A stretch of DNA of 57,063 nucleotides from Patescibacteria group bacterium (GTDB taxonomy: Bacteria; Patescibacteriota; JABMPQ01), in the NCBI GenBank assembly GCA_041749335.1, contig JBGTBM010000004.1, positions 1-57,063 on the forward strand, read 5' to 3'. Shown here one piece after another: positions 51,098-57,063 of the stretch; positions within the stretch are counted from its first letter, which is position 1; the number at the start of each line of letters is the position of its first letter. The position numbers and the translations under genes were made by a program. The notes below the pieces were generated by a model. That model saw nothing but the letters and a program-made list of their open reading frames with translations. It did no database searches and had not been told where the DNA came from.

Positions 51098-51137
51098 AAC
51101 TAGATTTAATAATTATATTTAAATGATAGGGGAGATA

Positions 51138-51596
51138 TTATTTCACCCGATGAATAACATAAGTAACTACGCCCCATACCTCAAAATCGTCATCCGCAGT
51201 TACTGTAATATTATTATAATCAGGATTTTCAGCCATTAAATAAATACTTTTCCCTTTCTTTTTCAGGCGCTTAATGGTAAATTCGCCCGCAAACATTGCT
51301 ACTACAATGCTATTATCGACAGCTTCCAACGACCTATCTACTATTAAGATGTCTCCCGAATTAATTCCAGCTCCAATCATTGACATCCCTTCTACCTGAA
51401 CAAAAAATGTGGCCGCCGGTTTCTTTATTAGATACTCGTTAAGGTCTAATTTTTTTTCTATAAAATCATCCGCCGGCGACGGAAACCCGGCCGAAATTTT
51501 TGATATAAAAAGCGGCAATTTTTGCCTGGTTCTTTTATCAAAACTAAAAATTTTAGCGATATTGGATATATGATTTTTTATAATATCTCTACTCAT
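51138..51596 (-). CDS. umuD: UmuD (S24 autopeptidase)
   Basis: SAGFPSPADD, G.SM, FTIKRL. Confidence 0.93.
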   Translation of the reverse strand: MSRDIIKNHISNIAKIFSFDKRTRQKLPLFISKISAGFPSPADDFIEKKLDLNEYLIKKPAATFFVQVEGMSMIGAGINSGDILIVDRSLEAVDNSIVVAMFAGEFTIKRLKKKGKSIYLMAENPDYNNITVTADDDFEVWGVVTYVIHRVK

Positions 51597-51664
51597 TTAA
51601 TTAAATTAACGACAACAATTATATATTTTATTTATACCCGGCCCCCCTTTTTTCTCAAAAAACC

Positions 51665-51693
51665 TTGACATAGATTTAATAATATGTTATTAT
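51665..51693 (+). promoter_or_regulatory. Strong sigma70 promoter with extended -10
   Basis: TTGACA, 17 nt, TGn-TATTAT. Confidence 0.75.
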
Positions 51694-51699
51694 ATGAAC

Positions 51700-51943
51700 A
51701 TCATGGGATATTCGGAGCGCGCCCGTATCCATACGGTCTCACACCGATATCCACGCTCTCTTGTACCTAGGAGGTCAAATACGCAAGGAGGTCCCCACCA
51801 TGAACTGCAGACTGAACGACTGCCATTACCGCTTTACCTGACCGCAGCTCTCAGCCCAAGGACACCATAACGACTCGAGCGGAAGATTTCTACTTTCAAG
51901 CCACACCAGGCCGGAAAGAAAGAAATACTTCCGCTTCTTTTTT
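51700..51943 (+). ncRNA. Candidate structured sRNA or small-peptide mRNA
   Basis: GC-rich island between the promoter and a GAGCGGAAG...CTTCCGCTTC-T6 end; AAGGAGGT followed by the ORF MNCRLNDCHYRFT* (51800-51841). Confidence 0.5.
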
Positions 51944-51947
51944 TATC

Positions 51948-52619
51948 TCAATATGCTCCTTCAATCTCCGGCTTAATTAATTCCGGCTCGTCATTGATCG
52001 GTTTATTAACTTTTTTCGAAACTTGATACATTTCCATATTTTCGCCCGGATACGGCATTAAATATTCCGGTACTTTAGATATTTTAGTGTTTTTATCTAT
52101 CCATTTTTTTTCATTTTTTTCCTCCAATATTGCCGGCATGCGATCATGGATTTTTGCTACTAGTTTATTGGCGTCGACAGTAATAATTGTAAAAGTTTTT
52201 ATTTCCCTGCCACCAGCATCTTTCCAAATGTCATACATTCCCGCCATGGCAAAAAGCTCATTATCTTTTCTTTTGATAAAATAAGGCATCTTGCCATTTT
52301 GTCTATCCCATTCATAAAAACCATTAGCCGGTACCAAACAGCGCTGGGTTCTTAGGGGCTTGCGGAAAGCGGGCTTAGAACTTAATGTTTCCGCGCGCGC
52401 ATTGATCATGCGGTAACCAATTTTTGGATCTTTAGCCCAAAAAGGAATCAGCCCCCATTTCATTATTTCAACTTTATTATCGCCTTTTTCCTGCTTGATA
52501 ATGGGAAAGTTATGGCCGGGAGCTATGCTGTAATGGATCTTTAAATCTAATAAATTATTTTTTACATTAAAACGCGAATAAAATTTTTGAATGTCATAGA
52601 AAGCAAAACGTCCACACAT
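51948..52619 (-). CDS. SOS response-associated peptidase (SRAP/YedK/HMCES)
   Basis: MCGRF N-terminus, INARAET, GFYEW, IHDRMP. Confidence 0.95.
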   Translation of the reverse strand: MCGRFAFYDIQKFYSRFNVKNNLLDLKIHYSIAPGHNFPIIKQEKGDNKVEIMKWGLIPFWAKDPKIGYRMINARAETLSSKPAFRKPLRTQRCLVPANGFYEWDRQNGKMPYFIKRKDNELFAMAGMYDIWKDAGGREIKTFTIITVDANKLVAKIHDRMPAILEEKNEKKWIDKNTKISKVPEYLMPYPGENMEMYQVSKKVNKPINDEPELIKPEIEGAY

Positions 52620-52736
52620 TTATTTTGATTAATTTTAGTATAAGTATTATAGCAATAATCCCATTGATAAAAAGATTAAATATGTAAATTAAAAAGCCCG
52701 CGATCGGGCCTTTTATATATTCTTTTAAATAAATAA

Positions 52737-53405
52737 TTAGTTTTTTAAACAATAGATAGCATAAATTACCCAACGATCATTTTCCATTTGAAGCGCAAAG
52801 TCCCAGCTATCTTCATATTGTCCTCCGTACTCCGCCTGTACGGTAATATATGCCTCTTCTCCATAAACATCTCTATTGCTGATTTTAATATCGCTGGGGC
52901 CATCCTGAATACACAAAGTCTGTTGAATAAAATTTGGATCGTCAAACTGATTTTTCAGTTCCATGGCCAAATAACTCTTAGCTTCAACTTTGTTTAGTTT
53001 AGATTCCGGTAAAGTTCCCAGTGCGCTATTTAGGTAATTATTTACCGTCTCTTCCGGATTTAGCTCTGCTAGTGCTTCAACTTCAATCTCTGCCGTGCTA
53101 TCTTCGCCATCAGAATTTTCCAAATCTTTATAAATATCCTCTTGAAATTGTTCGATATCAAATCCGGATTCGTTTTCTGATAGCTTTTTTGCTTCATTAA
53201 TAATTTTCTTGCCAACCGTAAAATATCCTACTACTGATAAAATTATAATAACTACCACCAAACCGCCGCAGCATCCGATCAGCCACTTCCACCAGTTATT
53301 TTTTTTCTTTCCGGTCGCAGCCGCCCTTGATGTGTTCCCGCCGCTACTTTCGACTGCCTCGTCTTTACTCATTTTTTTTCCTAAATTTGCGTTTTTATTA
53401 TCCAT
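52737..53405 (-). CDS. Membrane-anchored hypothetical protein
   Basis: WLIGCCGG TM helix, acidic linker, NTF2-like-looking C-terminus. Confidence 0.7.
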   Translation of the reverse strand: MDNKNANLGKKMSKDEAVESSGGNTSRAAATGKKKNNWWKWLIGCCGGLVVVIIILSVVGYFTVGKKIINEAKKLSENESGFDIEQFQEDIYKDLENSDGEDSTAEIEVEALAELNPEETVNNYLNSALGTLPESKLNKVEAKSYLAMELKNQFDDPNFIQQTLCIQDGPSDIKISNRDVYGEEAYITVQAEYGGQYEDSWDFALQMENDRWVIYAIYCLKN

Positions 53406-53477
53406 TTTTAAAAACTTATTTATTTTTTAAATCAAATTATATAAGTAATATTTTATCCTGTGTTTTATATTATCTAA

Positions 53478-53645
53478 TCGCAATTGCTGAACGAAGCTCG
53501 AACCTATTTTGAACAAAATCCCGACTGATTTCCGCGCTTCGCACGGCAGAAACTGAACGCTCGGGCGGGCAAAAATTCCTTCCCCCCCCCTTCCTTTTTG
53601 CCCGCCTGCCGGAAACCCCCAGCAATTTTTTCGGACGGCGGGGCC
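53478..53645 (+). repeat. Left copy of ~170-bp inverted repeat
   Basis: TCGCAATTGCTGAACGAAGCTCGAACCT...TTTTCGGACGGCGGGGCC matches the reverse complement of 56747-56925. Confidence 0.92.
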
Positions 53646-53701
53646 TTAAATTGGTGGCGGGGGTAAGATTTCGAGATTATTTTAATTTAACACCAATCAA
53701 A

Positions 53702-55081
53702 TCAAAAATAAAGATCTCTTTCTCCTTTTTCTATTCTTTTGAGCCGATTTTTTGTTTCCTGTTTAATATTGGGGCTTGGAATTTTTTCAAGATAGTGATT
53801 TATAATTTTTAGTCCTAGTTTTTTGACTTGTTCTGAAGCATAATCTTCTAGATACTCTTTAAAAGTTAAAATTGCATTGGGCCGACAAAGATTTTGGATC
53901 TTTCCAGATTTTAATAATTTCATGATAGTTTCACCAGTTCGGCCCAATCTATAACACGCAGTGCAAAAACTAGGCAACAATCCCTGCCGGAGAATTGATT
54001 TTACGACTTCGTCCACACTCCGGTGATCTTGCAAGGAAAATTGTTCTAAAGCTTCTTCCTTACCGTAACCTCCGGGAGATGCCATAGAGGCCGCACTGGT
54101 TTGAGAAATGCCAATTTGGAACGCTTTTGCTCTTATCTCCGGTTTTTCTCGCGTTGATATTATCATCCCAGTATAGGGAACAGCCATTCTCAGAATGGAA
54201 ATAATTTTAAGTAATTGCCCTTCGCTTACTTTGTGCGGTAGATTCAGGTCTACCGTTGGCGCCGGTTGGAATCTTGGGACTGAAATTGTATGTGGGCCAA
54301 TATTGTATTTTTTATCAAGATATTGTGAATGAGATATTAGAGCTAAGGTATCAAATTTATAATCGAACAGGCCATAAAGTACTCCCAAACCAACATCATC
54401 TATCCCTGCCTCCAGCGCCCGATCGTGAGTAAAAAGCTGCCTTTCATAATTTGCTTTGGGGCCATGGTGTAATTTTTGATAAGTTTCCTGATGATAAGTT
54501 TCCTGAAAGAGTTGATAAGTGCCAATGCCGGCCGTTTTTAATTTACGATAATTTTCTACGGTCGTGGCGGCTATGTTGACATTAACACGTCTTATCTCGC
54601 CTTTGCCGGACTTGGTTTGGTAAATTGTTTTAATAACATCAACAACATAATCAATAGGATTGATGATCGGATGTTCGCCAAATTCAAGCAATAATCTTTT
54701 ATGCCCCATATCTTCTAAAATTCTTACTTGTTCTCTAACTTCCTCTAAACTCAATTTCTTTCGCGGCACGGAATTACGACAATGAAATCCGCAGTAATCG
54801 CAATCATTAACACAGAAACTCGAAATATATAATGGAGCAAAAAACACCAAACGTTCTCCGTAAATTTCATTTTTTATTCTAGCTGAGGTAGCAAACATCC
54901 GCTCTATTAGTTCTGATTTCTCTGTATGGAGTAAATAGCTAGCTTCTTTTAGGGTTAGCCCCTTTTTCTTGAGCGCCTTATTTAGAATTTTTTCTATAAC
55001 ACCTCCAGAATAATTATATTCTGTTTCTTTCAAAATTCTCCAGATTTTATTTTCGTCAATAACATCTTTGATGTTGGGCAT
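53702..55081 (-). CDS. hydG: [FeFe]-hydrogenase maturase HydG-like radical SAM enzyme
   Basis: CVNDCDYC; FQETYH; GPHTISVPR; C-terminal Cx2Cx22C, which separates it from ThiH. Confidence 0.88.
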   Translation of the reverse strand: MPNIKDVIDENKIWRILKETEYNYSGGVIEKILNKALKKKGLTLKEASYLLHTEKSELIERMFATSARIKNEIYGERLVFFAPLYISSFCVNDCDYCGFHCRNSVPRKKLSLEEVREQVRILEDMGHKRLLLEFGEHPIINPIDYVVDVIKTIYQTKSGKGEIRRVNVNIAATTVENYRKLKTAGIGTYQLFQETYHQETYQKLHHGPKANYERQLFTHDRALEAGIDDVGLGVLYGLFDYKFDTLALISHSQYLDKKYNIGPHTISVPRFQPAPTVDLNLPHKVSEGQLLKIISILRMAVPYTGMIISTREKPEIRAKAFQIGISQTSAASMASPGGYGKEEALEQFSLQDHRSVDEVVKSILRQGLLPSFCTACYRLGRTGETIMKLLKSGKIQNLCRPNAILTFKEYLEDYASEQVKKLGLKIINHYLEKIPSPNIKQETKNRLKRIEKGERDLYF

Positions 55082-55086
55082 AAAAT

Positions 55087-56355
55087 TTATTTATTGTCTA
55101 ATTGTTCACGCATTCTTTCCTCAAGCATTTTATAACTTTCCTCATATTTAAACAAACCGTACTTTTCCCAAATGTTTTCTTCTTTATAAAACTTATCAGG
55201 ATAAATTTTATAAAGAGGTCTATATTCAGCTGGCGTTAAATTAAACATTAATGAATTAGCTCCAGCTTGTAATGATCTTTTGCGACCCTCTTCACCGGCT
55301 AAAGTTTCTAGAGCGGTAACTACCGGGATACGAGTATTTTTCATCAATAATCTTAAAATAGAAATCATTTTTAGATTCATTTCAACGCCCCCGGATGGAA
55401 AATTACTAAGAGGTGTATTATCACAAGGGATAAAAGGTCCTAAGGAAACCATATGAGCCCATTTTTTTATCATTAAAATATCGTCGGCTAAATCCTCAAT
55501 AGTCTGTCTCGGTAACCCAACAAGAGAACCGGTGGCGATAAAATAACCTAATTCTTTCATAAACTTTAAATGCTCAAGACGATTTTCAAGATTTTTCCCG
55601 TGGGGATGAAATTTCTTAAATAACTCGGGGCTGGAAGTCTCAAAACGGAAAAGCACACCCGAAGCCCCTGCCTCTTTCATTTTCTTATAGCATTCATAGT
55701 CCCTTTCGCCTATACTGATAAAAATGAATACTCGGCATTTCTTTTTAATTTCTTTAATAATCTCACAGAGCATCTCGCTTGTATAAAAATAATCTTCGCC
55801 CGATTGAAGTACTAGAAGTTTATAACCCTTTTTACGTACTGCTCTTTCTGCTGTATCAATTATTTCATCTATACTCATTCGATAACGTCGTAGCATGCGA
55901 TTTTCTTTTCTTAATCCACAATAAAGGCAGTCATTTTTGCAAAAATTTGAAAATTCAATTATTCCATGAATGCAAATAAAATCCTTAAGATAAGTTTTAC
56001 GAATAATGTTTGCTTCGGAAAAAAGAGCCTCTTTTTCTGACCCCTGAGTATTTAATAAATAAACGATTTCGTCCTTTGCTAAATCCCGAAGACGGGACGT
56101 TTCAATAACATTTTTGAATTTATTGCTTAACTTTGAGATGTCAACATTTTGAGAATTTTCTAATAATTCGATGATTTCCAGGGCATCGTTTTTTGATATT
56201 TTTTCAAGAGCTAAATCACCGATGGATAAAATCCAATCGCCAACTTTCAAATTGGAAATTAAAGGCCCTTTAACTTTCTTAATTTCATTGCTATCTCGAA
56301 TAACGGCGTGGTTACTTTCTAGCTTTATAACTTGGGCTGGTATTGTTAAACACAT
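55087..56355 (-). CDS. HypC/HupF-like domain fused to HydE/BioB-like radical SAM enzyme
   Basis: N-terminal MCLTIPAQV...VGDWIL...G.ALEKIS..DA; IEFSNFCKNDCLYCGLR; LQSGED; GPFIP...TPL; YKIYPDK. Confidence 0.82.
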   Translation of the reverse strand: MCLTIPAQVIKLESNHAVIRDSNEIKKVKGPLISNLKVGDWILSIGDLALEKISKNDALEIIELLENSQNVDISKLSNKFKNVIETSRLRDLAKDEIVYLLNTQGSEKEALFSEANIIRKTYLKDFICIHGIIEFSNFCKNDCLYCGLRKENRMLRRYRMSIDEIIDTAERAVRKKGYKLLVLQSGEDYFYTSEMLCEIIKEIKKKCRVFIFISIGERDYECYKKMKEAGASGVLFRFETSSPELFKKFHPHGKNLENRLEHLKFMKELGYFIATGSLVGLPRQTIEDLADDILMIKKWAHMVSLGPFIPCDNTPLSNFPSGGVEMNLKMISILRLLMKNTRIPVVTALETLAGEEGRKRSLQAGANSLMFNLTPAEYRPLYKIYPDKFYKEENIWEKYGLFKYEESYKMLEERMREQLDNK

Positions 56356-56370
56356 TTTGAATTAAATAAA

Positions 56371-56571
56371 TTACTTAATAAAATCATCAACGCCGATTTC
56401 TAACGCTTTGGCGATTTTAGTTAATGTTTCTATTGTTGGATTTTGATTAACACCGTTTTCTATTTTAACAATGGTATTTAACGACAAATCAGCAAGTCGA
56501 GCCACCTTTTCAAGAGAATAGCCTTTTTTGTTTCGTAGCCTCCTTAGATTTTCAGAAATTTTATTTGACAT
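56371..56571 (-). CDS. XRE-family HTH regulator
   Basis: LRRLR.KKG.S.E..A....IE.G...NPTI.TL.KIAKAL. Confidence 0.92.
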   Translation of the reverse strand: MSNKISENLRRLRNKKGYSLEKVARLADLSLNTIVKIENGVNQNPTIETLTKIAKALEIGVDDFIK

Positions 56572-56746
56572 GCCCTTTATTATTGTTTAACATTATAATA
56601 TATCGATTATTTTATAAAGTGTTTATTCTTTCTACTATAATGATAACTAATTTTAAATCTTTTGTCCACAAAAATCATCAAGGGAGTTCCACCTTGTTGC
56701 ACGCGCACGGGAAGGGCGGGGCAAGCGCAACTATTCTTTTTCTTTC

Positions 56747-56925
56747 GGCCCCGCCGTCCGAAAAAATTGCTGGGGGTTTCCGGCAGGCGGGCAAAAAGGA
56801 AGGGGGTGGGGGGGGAAGGAATTTTTGCCCGCCCGAGCGTTCAGTTTCTGCCGTCCCGCCAACGGCGGGAGCAATCAGTCGGAGTTTCGTTCGAAAAAGG
56901 TTCGAGCTTCGTTCAGCAATTGCGA
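56747..56925 (-). repeat. Right copy of the inverted repeat
   Basis: Reverse complement of 53478-53645 with a few substitutions and indels. Confidence 0.92.
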
Positions 56926-57063
56926 CCAATCAAGACATTTCAAATTTTCAGGGGAAAGAGCTTGCTCGCTCGCCCCGCCGGAGTTTATCCCGCATGGCGA
57001 TGCGGGAGCGGGTCTCGCTTCGCAAAAAGCCCTGCCCTCCTGCGCTTTTTCAGCTACGGCGGG
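56875..57063 (-). CDS. 3' end of a gene entering from the right edge, probably a site-specific (serine) recombinase
   Basis: Open frame ...FCEARPAP...GGASEQ...ENLKCLDWSQLLNEARTFFERNSD*; resembles CPR recombinase tails as I recall them; no catalytic domain visible. Confidence 0.5.
   Translation of the reverse strand, partial: PAVAEKAQEGRAFCEARPAPASPCGINSGGASEQALSPENLKCLDWSQLLNEARTFFERNSD

Noticed and set aside
51839-51841. UGA recoding (genetic code 25 or selenocysteine)
   Set aside because: Other genes in the window end in TGA (e.g. hydG, SRAP, 4872-5486), and there is no convincing SECIS.
51700-51945. tmRNA, SRP RNA or DGR template (contains CCACCA, CAGGCCGGAA and a 10-nt CAGCTCTCAG match downstream of the DGR-like gene)
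   Set aside because: No T-arm or tag peptide, the SRP helix does not pair, and it does not align to the variable region; the short matches are compatible with chance.
53702-55081. thiH assignment
   Set aside because: Length and the C-terminal Cx2Cx22C cluster motif indicate HydG; no thi genes are adjacent.
56678-56929. 83-aa ORF (and 53327-53512)
   Set aside because: Alternative-frame read-through of the inverted repeat.
1-57063. tRNA or rRNA genes
   Set aside because: No complete cloverleaf or rRNA-like stretch was recognised by eye; a tRNAscan/Infernal run would confirm this.

Overview
AT-rich bacterial chromosome segment, most consistent with a Patescibacteria/CPR (Parcubacteria-like) organism. 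This is inferred from the missing rpmD/L30 in the spc operon, mostly SD-less housekeeping genes, r-protein tail extensions and a CPR-type DGR target protein. The window has five parts. (1) 1-7.1 kb: visibly GC-rich genes for secreted or lipoprotein products. They sit in units with a near-consensus sigma70 promoter and a strong SD, and several share 5' leader hairpins and 3' terminator sequences. (2) 7.2-30.6 kb: glycosyltransferases, ruvX, map, adk, secY and the str-S10-spc ribosomal cluster with inserted genes, plus rpmB, which the ORF track missed. (3) 30.9-31.7 kb: a lone DGR-target-like gene in the same cassette architecture, with no RT or TR seen in the window. (4) 32-53 kb: mutM, a REP-associated tyrosine transposase with internal REP-derived repeats, photolyase with crtI/crtB/UbiA carotenoid genes, pyrD, truB, a large fibre-like surface protein, HRDC-xseA/xseB, umuDC and SRAP, and an unexplained ~240-nt transcription unit. 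(5) 53.5-57 kb: an XRE regulator, a HypC-HydE-like fusion and hydG, bracketed by ~170-bp inverted repeats that each encode a version of a recombinase-like C-terminus. All calls were made by eye from sequence motifs; no searches were run.
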